From: an uncultured Cryomorphaceae bacterium
GTDB taxonomy: Bacteria > Bacteroidota > Bacteroidia > Flavobacteriales > Schleiferiaceae
DNA length: 64,000 nt
Assembly: GCA_913049845.1 (NCBI GenBank)
Contig: CAJWZE010000001.1
Span: 19,765-83,764 of the forward strand
Reading direction: 5' to 3'
A program made the position numbers and the translations under genes. This document shows positions 1 through 9,545 of this stretch, one piece after another. Below the pieces are notes generated by a model. The model saw only the letters and a program-made list of their open reading frames with translations, ran no database searches and was not told where the DNA came from. Within the stretch, counting starts at the first letter, position 1. Every line of letters starts with the position of its first letter.

Positions 1-2043
1 CTAAACCTAACAGCAGAAGAATTGTATGATATCAATAATGCGTCTATAAAAGATGCGATTGTTTCTTTGGGCGGATTCTGTACTGGTGAGATTATCTCAA
101 ACCAGGGATTGATGCTAACCAACCACCACTGTGGTTATGATGCAATCCGTTCACATTCTACAGTAGAAAACGATTACCTAACAGACGGATTCTGGGCGAT
201 GACTCGCGAGGAGGAGCGCACCAACCCAGGGCTTACTGCAGGTATCCTTATACGCATGGAAGATGTTACCGATAAAGTATTGGCGGAATTGACCGACGAT
301 ATGACGGAAGCTGAGCGTGCAGCCAAAGCGAGAGAAGTGGGTTCGGCACTTGCTAAAGACGCTACAGATGGCACGAAACACAACGCATACGTTCGTAGTT
401 TCTTCCACAACAATGAGTACTACTTGTTCGTATTCAACACGTATAAGGACGTTCGTTTGGTGGGGGCTCCACCAAGTAGTGTGGGTAAGTACGGTGGCGA
501 TACGGATAACTGGATGTGGCCTCGTCACACTGGTGATTTCTCTATGTTCCGCATCTATGCAGATGCGGAAGGAAACCCAGCCGATGTCAGCTTTAATAAC
601 GTACCCTTGACGCCGAAGCACCACTTACCGGTGAGCTTGAACGGTGTTCAGGAAGGCGACTTCTCTATGGTGTTTGGATTCCCTGGCTCAACAGACCGCG
701 TCTTGACCTCTACAGGTATCGAGCAAGCAATTAACCTATACAACCCAACTGTGGTAGAGATTCGCGCGCAGAAATTGGCTATCATGAAAAAGGCTATGGA
801 TGCGGATGATGCAGTTCGTATCGCACTGGCATCGAATTATGCTTCTACGGCCAACTACTGGAAGTACTTCATTGGTCAGACTGAGCAGTTGAAGAAAAAC
901 CGTGTTAAAGCGAAGAAAGAAGCCATTGAAGCGACTTACCTCGCTTGGGCTAATGCCGATGAAAACCTTGGGGAATATGCGGGAGCTTTGGATTTATTGG
1001 ATGAGGCATATGCCGCTACCGACGCTACTGTGAAAGGTCAAGTATACCTAATGGAAGGTGGTATTCGTGGCGCTTCTTTGCCGTTATATGCATTCCGTCT
1101 AAACAGAATGCTAGGCGCTTTGGAAAGCTCAGAAGAGTTGGAAGAAGATAAGCAGAACGTACTTGAATATGCAACAGAGCACTTCAGCGAGTACCGAGAA
1201 GATGTAGATCGTAAGTTGGCTCAGGCGCTGTGGGGTATGTGGATGGAAAACGTTCCTGCAGACCAGCAGCCGAGCATTTTCGCTGAGGTTCGCGACAGCA
1301 TGAGCGGCGATTTAAGCGTACTTGTTAATGAAGTCTATGATAACAGTATCTATGCTTCTAAAGAAGCACTACAATCTTGGTTGGAAACTATGGACTTCGA
1401 TGCTCTAGCAGAAGATCAAGGAGGCAAAGTAGCTTCCTCATTCATTGCAGCGTACTTTGCTTCGCAAGCTGGCAATGTTGAGGTAAGTGAAAAAATGGAA
1501 AAGGGTTACCGCCTGTTTACGGACGGTCTCCGTCAAGCGATGCCTGACAAAGTATTCGCGCCGGATGCGAACTCTACTTTACGTATGACTTGGGGTGTTG
1601 TAGGTTCTTATGACCCACAAGATGCTGTTCACTACGACTACGCAACAACGTTGGACGGTGTAATGCAGAAGGAAGATCCTACCAACGATGAGTTTATCGT
1701 ACCTGCTCGCTTGAAAGAGTTGTACAACGCAAAAGACTACGGTCAGTACGCTGATGAGAATGGTGATCTAATCGTAAACTTCATTTCGAACAATGACATC
1801 ACTGGTGGTAACTCAGGTTCGCCAGTAATCAATGGTGACGGTGAGCTTATTGGTACTGCTTTTGACGGTAACTGGGAAGCAATGTCAGGAGATATCTTCT
1901 TCGAAGACCAGCTGCAGCGTACAATCTCGGTAGATATTCGTTACATTTTGTTTATCATCGACAAGTATGCAGGTGCTAGCCACCTCATTGACGAGATGAC
2001 TATTGTTAAAGGCAAGAAAAAGCGCAAGAAGCGTCGTAAATAA
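1..2043 (+). CDS. S46 family dipeptidyl-peptidase (DPP7/DPP11-like serine peptidase), 5'-truncated by the window edge
   Basis: Frame 1 is open from nt 1; the track ORF begins at an internal TTG at nt 22. A TNHHCGYD His motif lies near the N-terminus and a GGNSGSPV catalytic-Ser motif near the C-terminus. The tail is basic (KKKRKKRRK) and a strong hairpin follows the stop. Confidence 0.85.
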   Translation, partial: LNLTAEELYDINNASIKDAIVSLGGFCTGEIISNQGLMLTNHHCGYDAIRSHSTVENDYLTDGFWAMTREEERTNPGLTAGILIRMEDVTDKVLAELTDDMTEAERAAKAREVGSALAKDATDGTKHNAYVRSFFHNNEYYLFVFNTYKDVRLVGAPPSSVGKYGGDTDNWMWPRHTGDFSMFRIYADAEGNPADVSFNNVPLTPKHHLPVSLNGVQEGDFSMVFGFPGSTDRVLTSTGIEQAINLYNPTVVEIRAQKLAIMKKAMDADDAVRIALASNYASTANYWKYFIGQTEQLKKNRVKAKKEAIEATYLAWANADENLGEYAGALDLLDEAYAATDATVKGQVYLMEGGIRGASLPLYAFRLNRMLGALESSEELEEDKQNVLEYATEHFSEYREDVDRKLAQALWGMWMENVPADQQPSIFAEVRDSMSGDLSVLVNEVYDNSIYASKEALQSWLETMDFDALAEDQGGKVASSFIAAYFASQAGNVEVSEKMEKGYRLFTDGLRQAMPDKVFAPDANSTLRMTWGVVGSYDPQDAVHYDYATTLDGVMQKEDPTNDEFIVPARLKELYNAKDYGQYADENGDLIVNFISNNDITGGNSGSPVINGDGELIGTAFDGNWEAMSGDIFFEDQLQRTISVDIRYILFIIDKYAGASHLIDEMTIVKGKKKRKKRRK

Positions 2044-2054
2044 GCCTTTGGAAT

Positions 2055-2111
2055 AGCTAAATATATAAACCCCCCGTTCGCATCGCGAGCGGGGGGTTTA
2101 TATATTTAGCT
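2055..2111. terminator. Long near-perfect palindrome, probable bidirectional intrinsic terminator
   Basis: Perfect 22-nt inverted arms agctaaatatataaaccccccg / cggggggtttatatatttagct are separated by 13 nt that pair further. The core is GC-rich with A/T-rich flanks on both sides. It starts 12 nt after the S46 stop. Confidence 0.6.
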
Positions 2112-2323
2112 TATAACGTACGTACTTTTTTCTGTGGAATGATCTTGTCCGGCTGCGCAGTTAAAACGTTAAACGCGGTACCAAGCGACTCGAACAGTAT
2201 CTGCAAAATGGAATATGACCTCAGTATTGTGGGTAATGGGGGTACGTTACCGCTATGGAAATCCTGGTATGGTTACTTGTGACGGTTACGGAGAGGACGA
2301 TTATGTAAGTTGTTCTAAATGAT

Positions 2324-2350
2324 AAAAAAAGCCCCGCACAGCCGGGCTTT
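2324..2350 (-). terminator. Intrinsic terminator of the DPP-IV gene
   Basis: Read on the minus strand: aaagcccggctgtgcggggc hairpin followed by T7. It lies 15 nt downstream of the stop at 2365. Confidence 0.55.
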
Positions 2351-2364
2351 ATACTTTCTTGGTT

Positions 2365-4500
2365 TTATTGCTCTAAACTGACTTCGATGTAGTCTAGAAC
2401 TTTGTTCATCAGGTGGAGCCTGTCTTTACCGCGTACGTTATGTGGGTGCATTGGGTAAGGGAAGAAATCCATTTGTATACCTGCATCGATGAAGGCTTTC
2501 ACCAAGCTTAGATTGTGTTGCATCACTACTACATCATCCACGGTTCCATGGATGAGCAGGAGGTCACCTTCCAAGTTTTCCACGTGGTTGTGGAGTCTGC
2601 TGGCAGCATATCCGTCCACATTTTCCTCCGGACGGTCCATGTAGCGCTCGCCGTACATCACTTCGTAATACTTCCAATCGGTAACTGGTCCACCAGCTAC
2701 GCCAGCTTTAAAGGTGCCTGGCTGACGAAGCATCAAAGCGGTGGTCATAAATCCTCCGTAGCTCCAGCCGTGAACAGCCATACGATTACCATCGATGTAC
2801 GGAAGAGATTTGAGGTATGCTACACCGGCCAATTGGTCCTCCATTTCAACGGTTCCAAGCTGTCGGTGAATTTGCTGTTCGAATGCTGTGCCGCGATGTG
2901 CTGAGCCTCGGTTGTCAAGTGTAAATACAATGTAACCGCGGTTCGCAAATTCATTCATCCAAAACTGACCTCCACCGTTCCATCGGTTGGTGATCATTTG
3001 AGCGTGAGGACCACCGTAGACGTAAACCAGCACAGGATATTTCTTTGCTGGGTCAAAATCGAACGGTTTGTACATTCTTGTGTGGAGTGTAGAACCGTCA
3101 GGTCCCGTAATACTCCCGAGTTCTGGCTTGCGAATATTGGTACCTTCGAAAGGATCAGTAGCTTCTGCCAATATCCTCACTGTCTTGCCCGAAACTGAAG
3201 ATAATTTTGTCGTAGTCGGAGTGTTTACCGACGAATAGCGCGTAATGAAGTAGCTGCCATCTTTTTGAACAGTAGTACTGTGTACGCCGCCTTTTGTAGT
3301 GAGTTGCTTTTGCCTGCCTTTGAGGCTTACGCTAAACAGATGTGATTCTCTAGGGTCTTCACCGGTTGCGGTAAATAGAATATCTCCGCTCTTATTACGG
3401 CCAACAATCCCTGTGGCTACAAATTCGTTATCGGTCAATTGACGTACTAAAGCACCTTTGGTGTTGTACAGGTATAGGTTCATAAAACCTTCGCGCTCGC
3501 TCAACCAGATGAACTCTTTGTTGCTCACCCAATAAGCAGGAAACTCAGGTTCTGCCCATTTTTCATTATTCACGCTGAAGAGCCTTGCAACACGCTTTCC
3601 ATTTTTCGCATTGAAAGCAACCACATTATAGTTGTTTTGTGCACGATTAACGATGGCCAAGACGATGGTTTTACCGTCCGGCGACCAGCTTAAGTTGGTC
3701 AGGTATTGTTCGTGCTCAATGCCGTCAGTCTCCAGATACACTGCTTTTTCCATGCCTTTGTGTAGAACGCCCACTCTTGCGTACTCTGAACCTTGGCCGG
3801 CCATAGGGTATTTGATTTCGCGAAGCGACCCTGGGGTAGATTCAATATCTAAAATCGGGTAGTTTGATACAGCCGATTCATCTTTCTCGTAGAACGCAAT
3901 AGCATCACCGCTCTCGTTCCAGAACAATCCTTCTGTAATACCAAATTCACTGCGAGCGATGGCTTGGCCGGCGACAATATTGGCATTCTCGTGGGAGGTT
4001 ACTTGTTGCATTCTTCCGTCTTCGCTCCAGTTGACGTAAACGTTGTTATTAATCGTATAGGCAGCATTTAAAGCCGAAGAGAGGTGTACATTTCCAGCTC
4101 CTTCAGTCATACTAAAGAGCGAGGAAGCTTTTTTTGATTCTAAATTATAGGTGAACAAGTGGCCATTTTGCGTGAAGTGTAAATTTTGGCCGTCTTCTGA
4201 CCAATTAAGCATCCAAGTGCCACCAATTTTCGTTTCAAAATCGGCCAAAGCTTCATTGATCTCATCTGCAGATAAACGGCTTGTTTCTTCACCACTTTTT
4301 ACATCAATAATGGCCAAGCTTTGGTAGCCGTCTACTACATGGGAATAGCTGTCGCTGCCAGGGACCCATTTTGGTGAAATCAATCCTTGTGGGTAGTACT
4401 TACGGCCATTGAGAACGGCATCTTCAAGCGTAAGCGTTGTTTGGGAAAAACCGGTCAAAAAGACCAATAACGCCGAAGTTAAAATGTAGTACTTTTTCAT
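2365..4500 (-). CDS. S9B family dipeptidyl-peptidase IV (prolyl dipeptidyl aminopeptidase)
   Basis: N-terminal signal peptide. A long beta-propeller-like N-terminal region is followed by an alpha/beta hydrolase domain with DNRGS and the nucleophile elbow GWSYGG. Late Asp (GTVDDVV) and His (HPH) residues complete the pattern. 711 aa is typical. Confidence 0.85.
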   Translation of the reverse strand: MKKYYILTSALLVFLTGFSQTTLTLEDAVLNGRKYYPQGLISPKWVPGSDSYSHVVDGYQSLAIIDVKSGEETSRLSADEINEALADFETKIGGTWMLNWSEDGQNLHFTQNGHLFTYNLESKKASSLFSMTEGAGNVHLSSALNAAYTINNNVYVNWSEDGRMQQVTSHENANIVAGQAIARSEFGITEGLFWNESGDAIAFYEKDESAVSNYPILDIESTPGSLREIKYPMAGQGSEYARVGVLHKGMEKAVYLETDGIEHEQYLTNLSWSPDGKTIVLAIVNRAQNNYNVVAFNAKNGKRVARLFSVNNEKWAEPEFPAYWVSNKEFIWLSEREGFMNLYLYNTKGALVRQLTDNEFVATGIVGRNKSGDILFTATGEDPRESHLFSVSLKGRQKQLTTKGGVHSTTVQKDGSYFITRYSSVNTPTTTKLSSVSGKTVRILAEATDPFEGTNIRKPELGSITGPDGSTLHTRMYKPFDFDPAKKYPVLVYVYGGPHAQMITNRWNGGGQFWMNEFANRGYIVFTLDNRGSAHRGTAFEQQIHRQLGTVEMEDQLAGVAYLKSLPYIDGNRMAVHGWSYGGFMTTALMLRQPGTFKAGVAGGPVTDWKYYEVMYGERYMDRPEENVDGYAASRLHNHVENLEGDLLLIHGTVDDVVVMQHNLSLVKAFIDAGIQMDFFPYPMHPHNVRGKDRLHLMNKVLDYIEVSLEQ

Positions 4501-4506
4501 TTTTGA

Positions 4507-5199
4507 TTATTTAGTAGTATCTGAATCTATGTTTCCATCCACCAAGCGGATCACGCGCTTGGCGCGCTGAGCGATATCTTCTTCGTGGGTAACGAGCACA
4601 ACGGTATTGCCGGCGGCTTGGATATCGTCGAAGAGTTTCATGATTTCAATCGAAGTCTTTGAATCAAGGTTACCAGTAGGTTCATCGGCTAGAATGAGGG
4701 CAGGGTTATTGACCAAGGCACGGGCAACCGCTACACGCTGGCGTTGACCTCCTGAAAGCTGGTTGGGACGGTGTTTCATACGGTCGGCAAGACCTACCTG
4801 CTCCAAAACCTCTGCAGCCCGGGCTAATCGTTCTTCTTTGCTAAGGCCGGCATACACCAACGGTAGGGCAACATTTTCTAACGCTGTCGAGCGTGGGAGG
4901 AGGTTAAAAGTTTGAAAGACGAAGCCAATTTCGCTGTTGCGAATTTCTGCTAGAGCATTATCGTTCAAAGAGCTAACATCAGTACCATTCAGCTCGTAGC
5001 TTCCGCTCGTTGGGGTATCCAAACAGCCTAATAAATTCATCAAAGTAGACTTACCAGAACCAGAGGGCCCCATCAAGGCGACGTATTCGTTTTTCCCAAT
5101 ATCAAGATTAACGCCCTTCAAGACATGTACGGTTTGCGCACCTAATTTAAAGTCGCGCGTGATGCCGCGCAATTGGAGAATGGCATCTGTGGTTGGCAT
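4507..5199 (-). CDS. ABC transporter ATP-binding protein (MacB/LolD/FtsE-like)
   Basis: Walker [10 protein letters not shown], signature LSGGQRQR, Walker [10 protein letters not shown]-loop VTHE. 230 aa. Confidence 0.85.
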   Translation of the reverse strand: MPTTDAILQLRGITRDFKLGAQTVHVLKGVNLDIGKNEYVALMGPSGSGKSTLMNLLGCLDTPTSGSYELNGTDVSSLNDNALAEIRNSEIGFVFQTFNLLPRSTALENVALPLVYAGLSKEERLARAAEVLEQVGLADRMKHRPNQLSGGQRQRVAVARALVNNPALILADEPTGNLDSKTSIEIMKLFDDIQAAGNTVVLVTHEEDIAQRAKRVIRLVDGNIDSDTTK

Positions 5200-5236
5200 A
5201 TGGGTTTATTAGGTTGGTTAGGAGCCTTAAAAATAG

Positions 5237-7108
5237 CTATTCGTAGTCAAACTCACTGAGTTCGAGCCACCTCATTTCCTTTTCATCCAATTCAGCCAAT
5301 ACTTCCTTAATCTCCTCAGCCGCTGCGGCCACCTCCTCAGCATCCTGCTGTGCTGCTTCAAAAACAGCTTTCAGTTCATCTCTGCGGGCTTCCAATGACT
5401 CAATCTGACCGGGCAGTTCGTCCCACTCGCGCTTTTCCATGTAGCTGAGCTTGGTCTTGACCTTCTCCTTCTTTGGTTCTTCCTTCGGTATCTCTTTGGC
5501 TACCGATGTGCGTATAGCGTCTACACGCTTTTGCCCTTCACGCCATTCATAGTAGCGACCGTTAAAGTCTTTGATGCGTCCGCCGCCCTCAAATATTAAT
5601 AGGTGATCACACAACTTATCTAAGAAATAGCGGTCGTGACTGACCACAAGCAAGCAGCCCGAATATTCTTCTAAAAAGCTCTCCAAAGCTTGAAGGGTGA
5701 GGATGTCTAAATCATTGGTTGGCTCGTCGAGAATGAGGAAGTTGGGGTTCTTCATCAAGATGGTCAGCAAGAACAACCGGCGACGCTCTCCACCACTTAA
5801 AGTGCTGACGTAGGAGTACTGCTGGTGGCTGTCGAAAAGAAAGCGTTCACACAGTTGCGACGCGGTCAATTTTTGACCCTTCTCCAAGGTGATATATTCC
5901 CCAATCTCTTGTACCACCTCAATAACTTTGAGGTTGTCCTTATTTACAATGCCGTCCTGGGTATAATGACCAAAAACCACCGTATCGCCAGTAACTATTT
6001 TTCCTTTATCCGGGGCCAATTCGCCCATGATTATTTTCAACAACGTAGTCTTTCCACTCCCGTTAGGCCCAACAATTCCAACGCGTTCACCTTTCTTGAA
6101 AATGTAATTGAACTGTTCGATCAACAACTTATCTGGGAAACTTTTAGCCACCTTGTGCAGCTCCAAAATCTTCCCGCCCAAGCGCTGCGTATTCAATTTC
6201 AGAGTTACTTCTCTATCGTCGATTCGTTTTTTCGCCGCCTCCTTGACATCCTTGAACCGGTCTTTTCTATCCTTTGATTTTCCCGTCCGCGCGCTCGGCG
6301 TCCTGCGCATCCAATTCAGCTCTTTCTTAAACAACTGTTTGGTCTTGTGTAGATTCGCCGCTTCGTTGACTTCGCGCGACTCTTTCTGCTCTAAGTAATA
6401 GCTGTAATTTCCCTCGTATTTATAGAACTGCAAGTTTTCTAGCTCATAGATGGTCCCGCATACGCGCTCTAAAAAGTAGCGGTCGTGCGTAATCATCAAA
6501 AGGGCACCCTTGTAATTGATTAAATATTCTTCAAGCCATTCGATGATATCGAGGTCTAAATGGTTGGTGGGCTCATCCATCAAAATGAGGTCAGGCTCTT
6601 CAATAAACAGCTGAGCCATTGCAAGGCGCTTGACCTCTCCACCTGAAAAATTATTTACTGTGCGGTCCATATCTGGCAAATTCATACGGCCGTGCATCTC
6701 TTGGATGCGCCCCTCCAGGTGCCATCCCCCTGTGGCCTCAACCTTTTCGAGGGCCGCCTTTAACCTCTCGGTATCGCCAAAGGAGAGGATGCCCTCATAG
6801 TCCCTTAAAGCATCGAGCCCGGGGTGTTTACTTTGGTAAAGAATTTCACGAACGGTCTGTCCGTTTTCAAAAGAAGGTTGCTGGCTGAGGGTGCGAATCT
6901 TAATGCCCTTACGGAAGGTAACCTCGCCCGTATCTGCAATGGTGGGGTCCACCAGCGTGTTCATCAAGGTACTTTTGCCTGCACCATTTTTGGCGACGAT
7001 GGCAATTTTATCGCCCGCATGAATACCAAAGGTGATGTCCTTGTACAGGGCCTTAATGCCATATGACTTACTTATTTTATGTACTGAAATAAGGTTTTTC
7101 GCGTCCAA
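5237..7108 (-). CDS. ABC-F family ATPase (Uup/YheS-like, no membrane domain)
   Basis: Two ABC cassettes (AKNGAGKST and GPNGSGKTT Walker A; FSGGE and LSGGE signatures). A charged linker and an acidic coiled-coil C-terminus are present. Confidence 0.85.
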   Translation of the reverse strand: MDAKNLISVHKISKSYGIKALYKDITFGIHAGDKIAIVAKNGAGKSTLMNTLVDPTIADTGEVTFRKGIKIRTLSQQPSFENGQTVREILYQSKHPGLDALRDYEGILSFGDTERLKAALEKVEATGGWHLEGRIQEMHGRMNLPDMDRTVNNFSGGEVKRLAMAQLFIEEPDLILMDEPTNHLDLDIIEWLEEYLINYKGALLMITHDRYFLERVCGTIYELENLQFYKYEGNYSYYLEQKESREVNEAANLHKTKQLFKKELNWMRRTPSARTGKSKDRKDRFKDVKEAAKKRIDDREVTLKLNTQRLGGKILELHKVAKSFPDKLLIEQFNYIFKKGERVGIVGPNGSGKTTLLKIIMGELAPDKGKIVTGDTVVFGHYTQDGIVNKDNLKVIEVVQEIGEYITLEKGQKLTASQLCERFLFDSHQQYSYVSTLSGGERRRLFLLTILMKNPNFLILDEPTNDLDILTLQALESFLEEYSGCLLVVSHDRYFLDKLCDHLLIFEGGGRIKDFNGRYYEWREGQKRVDAIRTSVAKEIPKEEPKKEKVKTKLSYMEKREWDELPGQIESLEARRDELKAVFEAAQQDAEEVAAAAEEIKEVLAELDEKEMRWLELSEFDYE

Positions 7109-7122
7109 TTTTGAGTTTACTC

Positions 7123-7527
7123 TTATTTATCCACCTCCAACGAAGTGATCCAAGTTGCAATAGTAAATAAATCTTCATCAACCACCCAAGTTATGGGGGC
7201 CATTGGCGGATAATCTGGCCAATTTTCTTGAACGGGTTGCTTAATAAGGGATATAATTTCTTCCTCGCTGTAGCCGCGTGCAGCAATTTCCTTGTAAGAT
7301 GGACCAATGAGTTTCTTATCGACCTTGTGGCAGCCCAAACAGGTGCTTTTTGCAAGAAGCGACTTCACTTCCGAAGGAATGTCCGACTTCTTTGCGGTCA
7401 CTGGCTTTTTCATCACGGGGTAAGATGGCGCCGAAGGTTGCTCAGACTCACTACAACAACTTTCTAACACTGCTACGAACAAAATGCTCAGAAAAGCGTG
7501 ATAAAAGTAGGTAGATTCACATTTCAT
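7123..7527 (-). CDS. Small c-type cytochrome (class I, c551/c552-like), membrane or lipid anchored
   Basis: Single CxxCH motif (CLGCHK) followed by IGPSYKEIA and a distal PPMAP (Met ligand region). Hydrophobic N-terminus. Confidence 0.7.
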   Translation of the reverse strand: MKCESTYFYHAFLSILFVAVLESCCSESEQPSAPSYPVMKKPVTAKKSDIPSEVKSLLAKSTCLGCHKVDKKLIGPSYKEIAARGYSEEEIISLIKQPVQENWPDYPPMAPITWVVDEDLFTIATWITSLEVDK

Positions 7528-7544
7528 CTGCTTAAATTTTGACT

Positions 7545-8222
7545 ATGATAAAGATAAACCTCAAACCAAGCGAATGGTTGAAAATCGGTATACTTATTTC
7601 GGTCTTTGTGGTGGGCTCCACCGCGGCGTACCAGATATTACAGCCAAAACCGAGATTACCCATCTATAACCCATCAGATCTGAACCCTGCCGTGGTAGAC
7701 GATGATCTTGAGCGTATAGGGCGTGGCCATCGCATAGGTAATTTTGACCTTATTGATCAATGGGGCAATAAGGTGGATTCTTCGCTCTTCCAGGGCAAAA
7801 TCTATGTGGCAGACTTTTTTTTCACGACCTGTCCAACCATCTGTATTGATATGGGCAAGAACTTCCAACGCATACAGGAGGTGTACAAAGACGAGGATCG
7901 ATTAAATCTTGTAAGTCATACCGTGATGCCCGAAATAGATACTGTTGAAGTGATGCACACCTATGGGGAGCGCATTGGCGCATTAAAGGGGAAATGGCAT
8001 TTATTGACCGGAGAAAAGGGCGAGTTGTACCGAATGGCACGCAGAGAATATTTCGCTGTGATGGAGCAAGGCACAAGTTTCGACGAGCACGACTTTATTC
8101 ATACTGAAAATGTCATTCTCGTAGATGAGAAGAAACGCATCCGCGGCTTTTATGACGGAACAAGCGACCTTGACATCGACCGATTGATCAGGGACATTCA
8201 AATCCTATTCGATAGAAAATAA
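7545..8222 (+). CDS. SCO1/SenC family copper chaperone / thiol-disulfide oxidoreductase
   Basis: N-terminal TM helix and a thioredoxin-fold CxxxC motif (TTCPTIC). An ATG lies at 7545; the track uses a TTG at 7539. It is divergent from the cytochrome c gene. Confidence 0.8.
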   Translation: MIKINLKPSEWLKIGILISVFVVGSTAAYQILQPKPRLPIYNPSDLNPAVVDDDLERIGRGHRIGNFDLIDQWGNKVDSSLFQGKIYVADFFFTTCPTICIDMGKNFQRIQEVYKDEDRLNLVSHTVMPEIDTVEVMHTYGERIGALKGKWHLLTGEKGELYRMARREYFAVMEQGTSFDEHDFIHTENVILVDEKKRIRGFYDGTSDLDIDRLIRDIQILFDRK

Positions 8223-8234
8223 GGAATTTTATTC

Positions 8235-9545
8235 TTAGCGAGCACCCGTAGAATCCTGAGTAAAGACCGGTTCTGGAAGCGCCATCGGATTCTCTCTTGG
8301 GGTGTCTTCAAAGGGACTAATTTCCGGTACTGTTGGCGCTACTTTGAGCATCTCTGGAGTCGTTATTTCAGTGCTGTCTAAGTCTGTGCTGTCCGCGTTC
8401 AAAATGAAAAAATCATCATAGGCTACAAGTATACTGTCCGGTATATCGAAGAGGGCTGTGAATCCTAGGTAGGAGGTATCGGAAGCAGGCATAGCCAAGT
8501 GAACATCGCCACGGTGAAAGTCCCATATTTTATTTGTGCTGTCTTGAGGATGTTTCTGCAAACCGGCCCAGTGCTTTCCTAATATGGTCCCGGATTCACT
8601 AATGTAGAATCGGGTATATTTTGTGTTTTCGAATAATGCTGGACGGAAGGTCAAGTAATCTTCCACTATTCCGCGATCTCTCGCATATTCTCCAACTTTG
8701 ATGTTGCCTTTTTTATAGTATTCAAAGGGTAGTCGGTTCTCATTGTATCGGATGAGTAGATCGTTCTCTGCCCAAACCCCCAAACTGTCCAAGGCTTGCA
8801 CACGGTACAAGCTTAACCTATTTTTGAGGTAGCGAACGTCGTTGGGAAAATAGCTCAGCAACGCGTCTTGAGTTTTCTGAGCTTTTTTATGGTCTCGCCA
8901 TATGTGCCATTCCATATCTACCTGTTGCTCGGCAGTCATGCGCCAAAAATCTTTGCCGCGCTCAAAACGCATCATATTCTCGTCGACCCATTCTCTCGCT
9001 TTGAAGTAGTTTTCGCGTTCAATAGAAATGCGGGCGAGCATGTAGAACGGCGTTTGTTTGTCGTAGAGTTCAGAGATGGCGTAGTAGGTGTTATAGGCAC
9101 TTTTTAAGTCACCTAGTTCATACTGAATTCCAGCTTTACGCAGCATGTATTTCAGATGATTGGCCCTAAATTCAAGACACTTCTCAATATTCCCTAGTGC
9201 TTTGCGAAGTTGACCTAACTCGTAGAAGGCTGTTGCGCGGAAATAATACAGATCCTCGCTATTCATGTGCTTTGAGATGGCTAGATCATAATGCATCAAG
9301 GCCTTAGTGGGTTCCTTCTTTTCGATGGACATGAAAGCACGTCCTATGGTCATGTTGTCTCTTCCGCTTAGCGTGGCGCCTTTGGGCGAATACTCGATGA
9401 TTTTATCATAGCTCTTGGTGTTCCAAAGCCTTCCGATATAGCTGCTTTGAGCAGCTAAACTGGTAGCAAGGCACGCGAAAAGTATGACTAGGTTACGGCT
9501 CAATTTTATCTTCTTTGGAGTTTGGTAGTATGATGGGTTGTTCAA
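8235..9545 (-). CDS. TPR-like repeat protein, secreted (function unknown)
   Basis: Signal-like LVILFACLATSLAAQ. The first half is helical TPR-like repeats. The start is uncertain: the ATG at 9545 overlaps the upstream gene by 53 nt, and an in-frame TTG close to that gene's stop would give a much shorter overlap. Confidence 0.5.
   Translation of the reverse strand: MNNPSYYQTPKKIKLSRNLVILFACLATSLAAQSSYIGRLWNTKSYDKIIEYSPKGATLSGRDNMTIGRAFMSIEKKEPTKALMHYDLAISKHMNSEDLYYFRATAFYELGQLRKALGNIEKCLEFRANHLKYMLRKAGIQYELGDLKSAYNTYYAISELYDKQTPFYMLARISIERENYFKAREWVDENMMRFERGKDFWRMTAEQQVDMEWHIWRDHKKAQKTQDALLSYFPNDVRYLKNRLSLYRVQALDSLGVWAENDLLIRYNENRLPFEYYKKGNIKVGEYARDRGIVEDYLTFRPALFENTKYTRFYISESGTILGKHWAGLQKHPQDSTNKIWDFHRGDVHLAMPASDTSYLGFTALFDIPDSILVAYDDFFILNADSTDLDSTEITTPEMLKVAPTVPEISPFEDTPRENPMALPEPVFTQDSTGAR

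Noticed and set aside
2139-2282. 47-codon ORF with LSGC, possibly a tiny lipoprotein
   Set aside because: Only three residues precede the putative lipobox Cys, so there is no functional signal peptide. No in-frame upstream start exists before a stop at 2067. It is kept only as part of the orphan-spacer finding.
1-4500. Convergent S46 and S9B dipeptidyl-peptidase genes as a dedicated peptide-degradation locus
   Set aside because: The two genes are convergently transcribed with separate terminators and have no shared regulator or transporter. The adjacency is compatible with chance in a peptide-scavenging Bacteroidota genome.
5825-6398. 150-aa and 96-aa plus-strand ORFs within the ABC-F gene, and similar short ORFs opposite other long genes throughout the track
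   Set aside because: The sense strand carries Walker and signature motifs. The antisense ORFs have no independent support.
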